Shown here: positions 13,120-25,700 of the stretch, one piece after another
Layout: every line of letters begins with the position of its first letter
How positions within the stretch are numbered: position 1 is the first letter of the stretch
Assembly (NCBI RefSeq): GCF_036321535.1
Contig: NC_087436.1
Location: forward strand, 100,814,001-100,878,000
DNA: 64,000 nt
Direction: 5' to 3'
Origin: Camelus dromedarius
Taxonomy: Eukaryota
The notes under the pieces: generated by a model
What the model saw: the letters and a program-made list of their open reading frames with translations, nothing else
Told to the model about the DNA's origin: nothing
Database searches by the model: none
Translations under genes and position numbers: made by a program

Positions 13120-13452
13120 CCCCTTCGCACCTTTATCTCATCAATTCTTATTCAGTTTTCCAATCTCAGATTAACTACCACTTCCACAAGGAGTGACTTC
13201 CTGCTTCTACTGTTGGTGTTTTTTATTTCTTTTTGACTACTTTATGTCACCCTCTGTCTTTGTGTTTCTCCCACGTCTTCTGTCATTGCAGATACACACA
13301 CATGCATCCACACATCTGCATTGAATGTCTGCAGACTCTACAAGAGTGAGTATCACATTAGTTTTGTTCACCTTGGAATCTCCTGCATCTAGCGTGATGT
13401 CTGAGACACGATAGGACACAATATATATTTCTTACGTGAATTAATAAATGAA
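13120..13452 (+). mobile_element. L2 3' end
   Basis: ttttgttcacc...catctagc...gaattaataaatgaa terminal motif. Confidence 0.65.
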
Positions 13453-14508
13453 AATACAGTAACTAAGTAGAAATAGAATTTTTTTTAAATGAAAAATAAC
13501 AGACAAATGAATTTTCAACTCAACTCCTCTACACCCCCAAAGGCATCATTTTCCCTGTCTCTTCCTCTATCTGTCTAACATAGCTTCAAATCTTCTTACC
13601 ACTCAGTTTACTCCAAAGTTAGGGACTTTGCAATTGCCCCCTAGTATTGCCTCTCTCGATAACATGCCGTCAGCCCTTAAATCGCTGAATATAAGAAAGC
13701 TCTGATAGGGCACACATGATAATACTTTATGTGAATTGAAATCCACTTCCACACAGAAGGAAATAAAAAAGAAATATTCTCTACTGACCTTGCAGCCTAG
13801 TTTAAATTTGCTTCAGTTTAAGGGACTCCATGAAACACAAAAGCTGGTTTTTCAGCTCCATGAGGACGTACTGAACTACATGAACTATTTGGCTTGGTGC
13901 AATGTCTGAATCCAAAAATACCTCCTTCTGTTATTATGACTGCTCCTATCCCTTACAAAATTAGCTGAGCGGTGGAGATAAGCATCTTCTCGTGTTTCAC
14001 ACAAGACACGCATGCCCACATACATGTAGACACAGCGGAATAAAGGATAGGGGTAGACACATACAAAGCTTTCCTAACTTGAAGCACAAAAGCAATTTTG
14101 AAAATACATACTCTGCTCTCGATCTATAGAGCAATGGGACCCAGTCATAGGATCTGATAGAAATTTACCTAGTGCTAGCTGAACTGATTTATCCTTGCAG
14201 GATCTTAGAAAATAAAAAATAAAAAATAAAGTGTCTCCAAATATCTAAGTTAGGCTAAATGTATTAATATATCTTAGATTTTTTTAATCCTTAAAATTCA
14301 GACATTTTGTTGTGCGGAATATCACTAGTTCAATGAGAAAATAGTGGGGTTTGGGAAACTCAATTTTCAGGGAGTCAAGAGAGGATATAGAAAAAACCCC
14401 ATGTAAAGCAAAATTGTTTAATTTGATCTTATCTTGATTTCATGTAGTCAGAGACCCTTCTAATTAAATCTAATTGCTTTAGTTATTAATGAGGGCTTGA
14501 GTACTCTT

Positions 14509-15805
14509 TTTTTTTTTTATTGAGTTATAGTCAGTTTACAATGTTGTGTCAAATTCCAGTGTAGAGCACAATTTTTCAGTTATACATGAACATACATATA
14601 TTCACTGTTATTTTTTTCACTGTGAGCTACCACCAGATCTTGTATGTATTTCCCTGTGCTGTACAGTATAATCTTGTTTATCTATTCTACATGTGCCTGT
14701 CAGTATCTACACATTTCAAACTCCCAGTCTGTCCCTTCCCACCCCTCTCCCCACTGGCAACCACAAGTCTGTATTCTATGTCTGTGAGTCTGTTTCTGTT
14801 TTGTATTTATGTTCTTTTTTTTTTTTTTTTTAGATTCCACATATGAGCAATCTCATATGGTATTTTTCCTTCTCTTTCTGGTTTACTTCACTTAGAATGA
14901 CATTTTCCAGGAGCATCCATGTTGCTGCAAATGGCATTATATTGTCGGTTTTTTATGGCTGAATAGTATTCCATTGTATAAATGTATCACATCTTCTTTA
15001 TCCAGTCATCTGTTGATGGACATTTAGGCTGTTTCCATGTCTTGGCTATTGTAAATAGTGCTCCTATAAACATTGGGGTGCAGGTGTCATCCTGAAGTAG
15101 ATTTCCTTCTGGATACAAGCCCAGGAGTGGGATTCCTGGGTCATATGGTAAGTCTATTCCTAGTCTTTTGAGGAATCTCCATGCTGTTTTCCACAGTGGC
15201 TGCACCAAACTGCATTCCCACCAGCAGTGTAGGAGGGTTCCCCTTTCTCCACAGCCTCTCCAGCATTTGTCATTTGTGGACTTTTGAATGATGCCCATTC
15301 TGACTGGTGTGAGGCGATACCTCATCATAGTTTTGATTTGTATTTCTCTGATAATTCGTGATGTTGAGCATTTTTTTCATGTGCCTATTGATCATTTATA
15401 TTTCTTCCTTGGAGAATTGCTTGTTTAGATCTTCTGCCCATTTTGGATTGAGTTGTTTATTTTTTTCTTATTAAGTTGTATGAGCTGCTTATATATTCTG
15501 GAGATCAAGCTTTTGTCCATTTCATCTTTTGCAAAAATTTTCTCCCATTCCATATGTTGTCATTTTGTCTTGCTTATGTTTTCCTTTGCTATGCAGAAGC
15601 TTGTAAGTTTCATTAGGTCCCATTTGTTTATTCTTGCTTTTATTTCTATTGCTTGGGTAGACTGCCCTAGGAGAACATTTCTGAGATGTATGTGAGATAA
15701 AGTTTTGCCTATGTTTTCTTCTAGGAGGTTTATTGTATCTTGTCTTATGTTTAAGTTTTTGATCCATTTTGAATTTATTTTTGTGTATGGTGTAAGGGAG
15801 TGTTC
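14509..15805 (-). mobile_element. Relatively young 5'-truncated lineage-specific L1
   Basis: Poly(T) head and ORF2 C-terminal cysteine-rich region (RYRLTPVRM...[22 protein letters not shown] 14987-15328). TSD ACTCTT at 14503-14508 and 15806-15811 is followed by AA, fitting an L1 endonuclease site. Confidence 0.95.
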
Positions 15806-16689
15806 ACTCTTAAGAACAATGTCTCAGAACATTAAAAGTCCGTAAAAGCAGATACATTTAGTTAATACATTTACAATTCAAGGGGCTGCAGGGAAATGCA
15901 GCAACCTGTGGTTTTATCTGGGCAAGGAGCTCAGGGAAGTGACCAGAGGATGTCTAGGGAATTCTTCCCCTTTTTAATCCATAAATACCCATTTTGCAAC
16001 TAGGAGGGAAATTAGAACAACATATTTCATTTAGGAATTTGAACTAAATACCTCTATTTGCATGTATAATATATTGGACTATTTAAGGTGGCAAAATATT
16101 AGGGAACATGAAGATATGTAAATACAATGAATTTATAATTTCAACCTAGTAAAATCATTCTTAAATTCCTAATTCATGCCAATCAGTGAAATCCTGGATA
16201 GATTCTTACTGCATTGCAAAATATTCCAGTTTTTTCTATAGAATTGCCCTGGGAGGACAGGTTGCTTGTCGACATTTAAGAGTAACAAAACATCTAATTC
16301 TAAAATGTCTGCAAACCAAATAAATATCCACAGAGGACTTATTCTGCTTGGGTGCCCTCCTGGGACAGGAAAAGAAAAGCATAACCAATTTCCTGTAGAA
16401 GTCTAACTCTAGTAAGGCAGATACTTACATGCAGTCACCAAAAAATGGAATGTGATACATATTTTAACAAAAACATGTAGAATGTACTGTAGAAATTTTG
16501 GATGAAAAAGCAATTAATTCTGCACCATTAAGGGTAGTTTCAGAGAGCTCTTCTTTGAACCGGGCCATGAGGAGAGGAAAGATGCCTTCTAAAAATAGTA
16601 TAAAATACATGTTTATTCTCAGAGGATGTCTAAAGGTCATTTGGCATCTTCAAATCCTATCCCTTTCCATTCCTGATACACAAGAAAAC

Positions 16690-17152
16690 TTTTTTTAATG
16701 GAACTATAGTTAGTTTCTAATGTGTCAATTTCTGGTGTGCAGCATAATGTTTCAGTCATACATGAACATACATATATTCATTTTCATATTTTTTCCACTG
16801 TAAGCTACTACAGGATATTGAATATAGTTCCCAATGCTATACAGTAGAAACTTGTTGTTTACTTATTTTATATGCAGTAGTTAGTATCTGCACATCTAAA
16901 ACTCCCATTTTATCCCTTCCCACTCCCTTTCCCCCCAGGTAACCATAAGTTTGTTTTCTATGTCTGTGAGTCTGTTTCTGTTTTGTACATAAGTTCATTT
17001 GTATCTTATTTTTAGATTCCACATGTAAATGATATTATATGGTATTTCTCTTTCTCTTGCTGCTTACTTCAGTTAGAATGACAGTCTCCAGGTCCATCCG
17101 AGTTGTTGCAAATGACATTATTGTATTCTTTTTTATGGCTGAGTAGTATTCC

Positions 17153-17188
<36 letters not shown>

Positions 17189-17300
17189 CTTCTTTATCCA
17201 GTTATCTGTTGATGGACATTTAGGTTGCTTCCATATCTGGGCTATTGTAAGCAGTGCTACTATGAACATTGGGGTGCATGTATCTTTTCAAATTAGAGTT
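16690..17300 (-). mobile_element. L1 3' end with internal (TG)n
   Basis: ORF 17069-17269 ([22 protein letters not shown]) plus L1 3' UTR. Confidence 0.9.
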
Positions 17301-17312
17301 CAGGGAAACTTT

Positions 17313-17428
17313 TTTAAAATATTTATTTTTTTTAATTGCAATGTAATTGACATATAATATTGTGTAAGTTTAAGTGTGCAATATGTTGATGTGACACATT
17401 TCTGTATTGCAGTATGACAACCACCATA
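17313..17428 (-). mobile_element. Older short L1 3'-terminal fragment
   Basis: ttgacatataatattgtgtaagtttaagtgtgcaa...accaccatag, flanked by agggaa(a)cttt copies. Confidence 0.75.
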
Positions 17429-19979
17429 GAAGGGAACTTTAGCCATGCTGCAAAGGGTGATACCTCAAGAATCTGAAAACTATCCTAATTTACTTAGGTT
17501 TCATTTGGCTTGTGTGGCCACATTTGCTTTTATCTAAATGCACACAGTTATTCAGAAACACACTTTTCCCAAGAATAGAATTATCCAAAGATACACAGTC
17601 ATACAAAGATAATATGAAACATACTCTCACTCATATAAACACTTGATTTCCTATTTGTTCAATAAAATATCTGAAAGAATGGATTGAAATGCACATGATT
17701 TAAGTGAGTCCCTCCAAAAAACATAAATAAATCTGGAGTTTAAACATGTTTTAAAATTCATGGTAAGAGTTATTAAAAGTTAGCCACGTTATAAAGAAGC
17801 AGGCAATCTCCAATGATAAAAGGATTCCTACTGACTACTGATGAAAAGAGTAAAAACACACTTTTACACATTAAGTGTGAGCAATATTCAGTAGAGACAG
17901 TCTAGCCTCAGCCAATAGAAATAAAAGAAAACAGAAAGATGTCAAACAGAAAGAAGTATTTGTGGAGCAAAGATGATAAAATGAGAATGACTCCATTAAT
18001 GAGTACGCAGATGTCTCTTCATATTCTTTGCAGCTCTTCCAACCACCGTAAGACAGTCTCCATCTTGTGGATGAGAAAAGTGAGTTTCCAGTAAGTTAAA
18101 TAACTGGTCTCTGGGCCCCACCAGTGAGGGGGAGGACTGGGCTTCACAGCCACATTACTCACCATGCATCGCCTCCCCACTAGAAGCCAGTGTCTGTTGC
18201 AGCTGCGGTATCGTCCAGGCTTTAACTTCCATGCAAGAAAACTGAGAATTAGGAGCAGTATCGTAGCAAATTTTAGTTGGTTGATGATTGCAGTGAAAAC
18301 CACCTGGAAAACCCTGTGATTTGGATACGTTAAAGACATTCTGAAAAATGCAGGGTCTACGGCGTCCGACTTTTATGGTTAAAGATCTTTTCTCCTACCC
18401 TCTTGCCCTAATTTTATAGTTAAATAATACATAGTGACAAAAAAGAGAGTGACAGTTCTATTCCAATGGTCTGACAAGATGCTGTTTCTCATTTCATCTC
18501 ATTGAAGACACACACACACACACAAACACATACTTACAATTTTTTATACTGAATTTAAAAAGCAGCAGAACAAAGCAGACTCTAATTCAGGGCAGTGGCA
18601 TAAACCTAGAAACTCTTTTCCTTTGTCACATTGGAAAACTGAACCACTCTTAACAAGTTGTGGTTTAACTTCATTACTTTCATACACTTCATTAGCTTAG
18701 AGAAATTTAAGAGGAAATAATATGTGCATATATTACAGTCCTATAGAAAAGATCTCAATCTCTTGAGCTGAAAATCTATTCATAAAATTTTACTGCCCTT
18801 ATGTTTAATGAAGAAGAAATCAAATTACTTTTATTTTCAGAGGGAAAAAAAATCTCAGATGATGTATTTGGATATCTAATTAAAATACTTGTGTACCTTG
18901 CCTAACTAAAACTAGACACTTATGCAAAATAACAGGGCATCCAGTACATCTATTTATAAATAACTCAGAAGAAATGCCTGGAAGCCAGGAGGAGCAGAGT
19001 AACTGAACTCTGTTCGTGCATTAACCTTCATTTCCCTCCACCCACTGCCTTTTCACAGGAAACCTTGTGTAAAACAAGCCTTGTCCTTTTAAAAAATCTC
19101 CCATGGTGACATGGCATAAAGGCAAAACATCTAAAGCTAAGAGTTTGATTTTTTTTTTTTTTCAGCCTCAAGTGTGGTGGCCACAACCCAGAAATGCATT
19201 AGTCATGCTGGGATTAGAAGATGACTTCTGTTTTTTAAGGACTTGAAGGATCTCATGAATGCAAAATGAGCCCAAAGAGCCTGCCTGTTCTCTATTTGCT
19301 TAAATGTCTTTAATCATGGAAAGAACTTCTATCTGAGAGGACAGAAACAATTTATAAAAATCCTAGACAAATCCTGGCTAAGGATCTGGGGCAGGCCGTA
19401 ATGCTCCTAAATATTTGAAGGAATAAGATGGGATGATGGAATTTTGCCTGGAACAGAGAAGAACTCAAACTTGGTTTTAAGACTCTTAACAAGAACATTC
19501 CTGGAACCTAGATCAAAACCCATTAAATTTCCACCTGCTGTCTTCATTGTCTTTACAAACTCTCACGTAGGTTTCATGTTCTGAATATTAGAAGCCACAG
19601 TTTCAGAGCCCGTCCAGAAAGAGAAGTGCTGTGTTTAACTGCAATAATTTTGTTTGCCCCACATGGAAATTATAGATGCCTATAGACATTTGTGAGAGAA
19701 GTGCTTTTTCTACAAGATAATAGGAAAAAGTTTAGAATGGAGAGGCAATTGTATGAACTCATTCCTTCTAAAGCAGTCTAAAACATCTAAACATGTTCAC
19801 AGTGAAAATTAGAAGACCATTCATTTAAGGAGAATTACATTACAGAACAGAGTTAAGAACCTCTCCAGTAAAGCTTTCTGTAAATTGGTTAAAAGGCTAT
19901 CTTCCTTCCTCCCACCTCCCCTCCTTCCCTCCCTCTCTGCTTCCTCCTTACTTCTCAATCTCTGTCCTTCCTTCCTTTG

Positions 19980-20090
19980 TCACATGTTGTTGGGCATCAA
20001 CTACATGCCAGGAACTGGGTTAATTAAATACTGAATAATGTAGACATGCTGTCTGGCCCCTGGGAACTTAGAATCTAGTTGAGTAGTCAT
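19980..20090 (-). mobile_element. L2 3' fragment
   Basis: actacatgccaggaactggg...ccctgggaacttagaatctagt. Confidence 0.6.
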
Positions 20091-20373
20091 GCTTTCAATG
20101 GGCAACTGAGTCCAGTTTGGAGACAACAGAAATAAAAATCAAACCTTCCCTCTTCATGTTAGCTTGCATTTCAGCTAGTGAATTAGTATCATCTATGATC
20201 AACTTCAACTCCATTTATGAACCTTGAAATCTTGAATTTGAGGTTCTACTTCACCTCAAAGATTGGCTATCCAGCAATCTTTCAATCCCAGGTTTCCCTC
20301 CAGGTTTTCTTTAGAATTCAGAAAAAAATAAAACAAAAGTATAACAACCTCTGAAAGAGCAAAACAACCTTTT

Positions 20374-20654
20374 TATTTTTTTGCATTCTTTTTTGTTGAA
20401 GTGTAGTCAGTTCACAATACTGTGTCAATTTCTGGTGTATAGTATACTGTTTCAGTCATACAGAGACATATGTATATTTGTTTTCATATTCTTTTTCAAT
20501 ATAGGTTACTACAAAATACTGAGTATAGTTCCCTGTGCTGTACAGAAGAAACTTGTTGTTTATCTATTTTATATATAGTAGTTAGTATCTGCAAATCTCC
20601 AACTCCCAGTTTATCCCTTTTCATACCCTTTACCCCCGGTAACTGTAAGTTTAT
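20374..20654 (-). mobile_element. L1 3'-end fragment
   Basis: L1 3' UTR homologous to 16690-16960, with a degenerate TSD aacaa(c/t)ctttt. Confidence 0.88.
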
Positions 20655-21256
20655 AACAATCTTTTTCATTAGCTTAAATTTGCTTCATATTTGCTTATGT
20701 TTAAGTGAAGTCCTTGTAATTCCAAAGTTGACCATCTGACACGTATTTCTAAGATTTGAATACTCATATTGATTAACTTGGGTTTATTTTTTGCAAACCT
20801 TATGGCTTGAATTTTTATTAATCTCACTTTTGAAGTTTGAGCTCTATCAATTATACACAAGCATACACAGAAGTTATAAATCACAGAAATTCACTAGTCT
20901 TATGTGGGCCAAAACCTGTGCTCACAGAATCCCCAGAATTATTTAAGTCTCCTTGCAAAGATGCAGTTCCATAAAGCTATGTACTTTATCCACCAGGGAC
21001 AAACTCTGAAGTCAGCTTCTCCCTAGCCTCTGAAGTACCACTAGATTTTTCAAGATAGTGAGGTGCCTCTGATTTATAGGAAATATTTTTTGAAAGAGAT
21101 ATTCATCCAGAGCAAGAGGACGTCTCTCTGGCTGCTGACAGGTGTGTACAAATAGTCAACTCTTCTGTGTCTATAGGGCTGGAGTAAATGTGACTGCACT
21201 TGTCAGTGAGGTGGTAGGGCATAGTGGTGAAGGGCACAGACGCGAGAGGCCAATGG

Positions 21257-22037
21257 TATTACCCCCGCCCAGCCTCTGGGTGGGGAGGGTGTAGCTCAAG
21301 TGGTAGAGCACATACTTAGCATGCACAGGGTCCTGGGTTCAATCCCCAATATCATCTCTAAAAATAAATAAACTGAATTCCCCTCCCTTTAAAAAAAATG
21401 ACCACTGTATCCTCATAGCTGAATTGAACCTTGGAGACAGAGTTTTGGGAGAATTAGAAAAGAAGAGCTTTATTGCTTTGCCAGACAAAGGGGAGTCATA
21501 GCAGGTTGGAGACTGCCATTCCTTCTTGGGGTTGGTGTCATGAGGGTTTAATATCACTTTTGAAGTTTAAGCTCAATCAATTATAAGCAGGCATGCACAG
21601 AAGTTATAATTCACAGAAATTCACTGATCTTATATAGGCCAAAAACCATGCTCACAGAAAAACTGGGTGGAACAGAAAGGTGACAACAATCAGGGCATTT
21701 TCCAGGGTGCTGTATTCTTCTTAATCTTGATGAACCCCCCTGGCTTCATGGAGAAACACCAGAGGGTCTGTTCATTCTTTTGAGGCTATCAGCCCATGAC
21801 CTGGAACACAGCTTCTGGGTTAAAGGATAAGCTATTCTGAGGAAAAAGAGTGTAGGGAGTGGAGGGTGTAACAGAAAGTTTGGGGACTGTTTAACACAAA
21901 AGCAATTGAGCAAGTGAAGCAGAGATGGGAGTTTGTCAGAGAAAAGAGAAAAACAAGTTGCAAAAAATTTAAGTCAAAATGTATCAGTAAAAGCTCTAGC
22001 ATCAGGGAAGCCATTTTGTTAGTTTTCTGTTCTTTCA
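21257..22037 (-). mobile_element. ERV1 solo LTR with nested insertions
   Basis: 4-bp TSD ATGG at 21253-21256 and 22038-22041. Plus-strand ends are TA (decayed TG)...CA. AATAAA on the minus strand at ~21469-21474. Confidence 0.8.
21278..21398 (+). mobile_element. tRNA-derived SINE, camelid vic-1-like
   Basis: ggggagggtgtagctcaagtggtagagc...; A box TAGCTCAAGTGG (21292-21303), B box GGTTCAATCC (21336-21345), A-rich tail. Confidence 0.88.
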
Positions 22038-22059
22038 ATGGCCTGGATTTGAAGTGGTA

Positions 22060-22235
22060 ATTCACCAATTACCCAAGGTGACCTTGGTCAGCTTGTTGAA
22101 ACTTTGTGTCTCAGATTCCTCGCCTGAAAAGTGAGATGATGATAATTGATTTTCTCGTAAGGTTGCTTAGAAGGTTAAATAAGTAAATATTGGTAAAGCT
22201 CTTGGAATAGTAACAGATATACAGTAAGTCATGTA
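22060..22235 (+). mobile_element. MIR SINE
   Basis: gtgaccttgg...tgtgtctcagattcctcgcctgaaaa. Confidence 0.75.
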
Positions 22236-23629
22236 TATATGTGTGTGTACGTCTGTATACACTAGATTACTTTATGACAATTTTAAAATGAGCTGTCATT
22301 GACTTGAGCGAAGAGATCCAGCAATAATCACATGTCCAACCCTCACCTTTCTTTCATTACAGACAGGTATACTCTTGAATAAATGGAAACATCAAGAAAA
22401 ACAATATGAAAATCCTTTCCAGATTATTGTACTAACGCTAAGAGACAGGGTCACCAAGCATCTCTCCCTGAAGAAACATCCTGACGGTGATGATTGCTTC
22501 TGTTTTTTTTCCCAAATGCAGATCAGAGGCATTATTCTTTCTATTAGCTCCAGGTAGGGAAAATCTTTCCCCACGCGATATTCCCCCTGACTAGTCTTAT
22601 GGTATAAAAGCAGTCAGGCAGAAGTCACACAACATTTCAAGGAGGAACTCACTGGCCATTTTCACGGAGAAGAAGGAGCCAACTCTCTCTAGCCCAGCTC
22701 AGAGGTGTGAGCGACATTACCTCTAAACCTCTGTTCACTAAAGATGTAAGGGAAGAGCAAATTGTAAAACAATAAAGAGCTCTGTGGTCCTTTTATCTGT
22801 CTGTAAACAATGTGGGTTTTTTTTTCCCCCTCAATAACTTGCTAAGATTTCAAATCATTTTCAAGGAATAGCATGGTTTCCTAGAATCTATTTGTGGATT
22901 TCATTAGGTAGTCTCAGCTATATTGTCTTTAAATAATACAATAGTTAAGCAGCTAAGATAATTCAAAGTGAACATACTGTTCTTCTGACTTTAAATCTCA
23001 TGTCTCTTGCCTGAGTAGTGTCGGCTGCTGCCTTGGATTTACTTCTATTTACTGCGTGTGGATTGTTCTTCTCACTTAAAAACTCTTAGTGTCTTCATCA
23101 AATAAGAAAAGACAGCAAATGTAAAAGAGAGGACCATTTCCTCTCATTATAACTATCTGGAGCTTCCATTCACTCAAAGGGGATGGGTACAAAAAGAAGA
23201 AAATGGCTTTTAAACAGGTAGTAAATGGCTCTGAGTATCCTTGGCTTATTGTGTTTAATAAGTGCCGTTTAAATCGCTGGACTTAGCACTCTCTATTGTG
23301 TTTTATCGCGGTGGAAAAAAGTAAAAATGTCAGGAACATGTTATCTACACAAAATTAAGAACAGTCCAGATAGATGTTTTAATTCAAGCATCATTTGTAG
23401 CAATTGATTTATTTTAATTTCAATGGCAGTATGTAATTTCCTGTTAAAATAAAAGCCTTTTTGTAAACTATTTGTAGAAAATGCAGTGAGTCATTCTGGA
23501 GTCTAAATTTTCATGCAAATTCACAATCTCTCAAATATTTAGCATTTTCTCAATTACTAAAGTGACTAGAACATTTAAGACCAAACTAAAAGCGTACCAC
23601 TGAAAAGTGTTTCTTTTTAAATTGTTCCA

Positions 23630-23845
23630 GCAAGGAAAGGAGAAAGGAAGGGAAAAAAGGAATAAATAGAAGGAGGGGGAAGGAAGGAGGGACACAGTGA
23701 GGGAAGATGGAAGGATGGGAGAGACAGGGGATGGAGTGAAAGAAGTAAGAAAAACGGCAGGGGAAAAAAGAAATGAGACAGAGGCTCAGATGAGTGGGGA
23801 GATATCCAGAAAGAAACACAGAGAGAGAGGGAGAGAGAGAGAGAA
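23630..23845. repeat. GA-rich low-complexity tract
   Basis: Direct observation. Confidence 0.8.
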
Positions 23846-23857
23846 TTTCCTTTCTAA

Positions 23858-24361
23858 TGCCAACTAAAAATCGGCACTTGCCATCTGCCTCTACAAGGAT
23901 TGGATCACGTTGGTACTTGCCATCTAACTCTGCTTGGATTAAATCCCAAGTTGCTACAGTCACTGACCTCCAGCACAACCTGAAAGGAGTTCAGGGCAGA
24001 GACCAGGAACGAGACACTGTGCTCGGGGAAAAACTGGCAGAAGAAGGCTTCAGATAGATATTTTCAGGAGAAGATTTTATGAGCCCATATTCTTGCATCT
24101 CCTCATATTTAGACAAGCACTAAAATCATTAACGTTGACATCAGCTTCCCGTGACTAGCAGCAAGCCTCTCTGCCTAGATGTGTCCCTGACTGCACGTGC
24201 CCCCCTTCATTAAAACCATATGTATTACTGGCCTCCCCTCACCTCTTTGGAGCAGTTCCTCAGAGCTATCTGAGATGCTGTCTCCTGGGCTGCAGTCCTC
24301 ATTTTGCCCCAAATAAAACTGAACTCACAATTCTCACAGTGTGATTTAATTTTAGCCAACA
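23858..24361 (+). mobile_element. ERV1 solo LTR
   Basis: TG...CA with imperfect inverted termini (TGCCAACTAAAA / TTTTAGCCAACA), TSD CTAA (23854-23857, 24362-24365), AATAAA at ~24312. Confidence 0.88.
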
Positions 24362-24588
24362 CTAACAATTTCTTTAATGTATGCATATAAAATTGATTCT
24401 GGTTCAGAACATGTATTCTTTTTGTTCTTCAGTGGCATACTGGATTAGGGGGAAAAATGTCTTTATGTTTACACACAGAAGTTCTACATTAATGTGTACC
24501 ATGTAAGAAACCACAAAACACGTATTTCTCCAAACTCAACACTCTGGCTTGGAATTCGGCCAGATTAAAGAGTAAAAGACCTCTAGAA

Positions 24589-25423
24589 TAGTGGTTTTCA
24601 ATCAGGGCACATTTTGCTCCCCACCCCATCCCACCCCACCCCATCTCTGGCAGGAAGGCACTTTTGGCAATGCTGGAGACATTTTTAATTGTAACGACTG
24701 AGGAGGAGTTCCTACTGGCATCGAGTGAGTAGAAGCCAGGCATGTTCCTAGCACCCTGCAGTGTGATTTATCTGGGCTACAAAGTTAATAGTGTTGTCAC
24801 GGGGGGAGAGGAATAAAATTTACCTCAGTTCTTAGTCACCTGGTAAAAAAATGGATTTCTAATGGGAGACAGAGAGCATGATATAAAAAGAAGATTTTAT
24901 TAGTGAAGTAAAAAGGTAGTAAAACAGTATACCCCTGAGAACTGGGGCAGACCAGTCCAGGAAGGGAAAAATGGCACTGCTCCTTTGTGTTCCCTGTTTT
25001 TATGTCCTGGCTTAGGGGGCGCTTTTGTGATTGACTGATTGATTGACAGCTTCTATGCTTTGCAAGCTCAGGCTGACAGCTCATGATCCTTGTGCTCAGG
25101 CATGCCCATCTCTTTTATGCAAATTTTTACCCATGATGCACACAGAGAAACCTACTGGCGGGGGCTCAAACTTTAATGTTAGTTACATTATAATCAACAC
25201 TAGGTCAAGTTAAGCCAGGTCTTTCTCTCTACTGTGCAGCCACAGCATTCAGTTCTAGCCAGCTTCTTTGCTAGCTTTCATTTAGAGAAAGTAAAAGTTT
25301 TTGGAGCCCCTTATCCTGAATGCAAGCGTACTGTTATTTTCTGGGTTGCTCCCTCCCCCTTCATCTCCCCTTTCCTGGTACTCATTTCTAACTGCCTTAC
25401 AGTGTCACTAGAAAGAAATTCTT
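24589..25423 (+). mobile_element. MER20-like hAT DNA transposon split by an LTR
   Basis: tagtggttttcaa...ttggcaatgctggagacattttt...ctactggcatcgagtgagtagaagccagg...aatagtg; a short remainder follows 25401. Confidence 0.8.
24795..25401 (-). mobile_element. ERV1 (MER41-like) solo LTR inserted in MER20
   Basis: TG...CA, TSD GTGT (24791-24794, 25402-25405), AATAAA and TATA-like motifs on the minus strand. Confidence 0.85.
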
Positions 25424-25529
25424 GTCTGATCCTCACCGTGTGCTAAGTTAATTAGGAAAATTCTCTCCACAAGGCACAATTATTGAAGCAGATTGAAAAG
25501 TCTACTTTGGAAGATTATGTGGGATGGTC

Positions 25530-25700
25530 ATTAAGCGCGTGGAAGTATAGACATTGAAGTCATTCTGGTAGGCTTTGGGACTCCCAAATCTTTCAGTTAA
25601 TAGTCAAACAATGTATTTTACTTGATTGAGACTCAATTTTCCCAACTGAAAATGGAGATAATATAAACCAATTCATTTATTTATTTAGACACAATGATGG
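25530..25700 (+). mobile_element. Degenerate MIR
   Basis: ctcaattttcccaactgaaaatggagataat. Confidence 0.55.

Noticed and set aside
13635..13645. CTCF-like core TGCCCCCTAGT
   Set aside because: Lacks the conserved terminal GG; a partial match without chromatin data is insufficient.
14987..15767. ORFs with a cysteine-rich motif
   Set aside because: Fragments of 5'-truncated L1 ORF2, not host genes; the same applies to 6279-6533, 17069-17269 and 50648-50920.
21282..21352. tRNA-like sequence with A and B boxes
   Set aside because: No paired acceptor stem and followed by an A-rich SINE tail; it is a SINE head.
23586..24057. Overlapping 130-aa and 87-aa ORFs
   Set aside because: They span GA-rich low-complexity sequence and an LTR.
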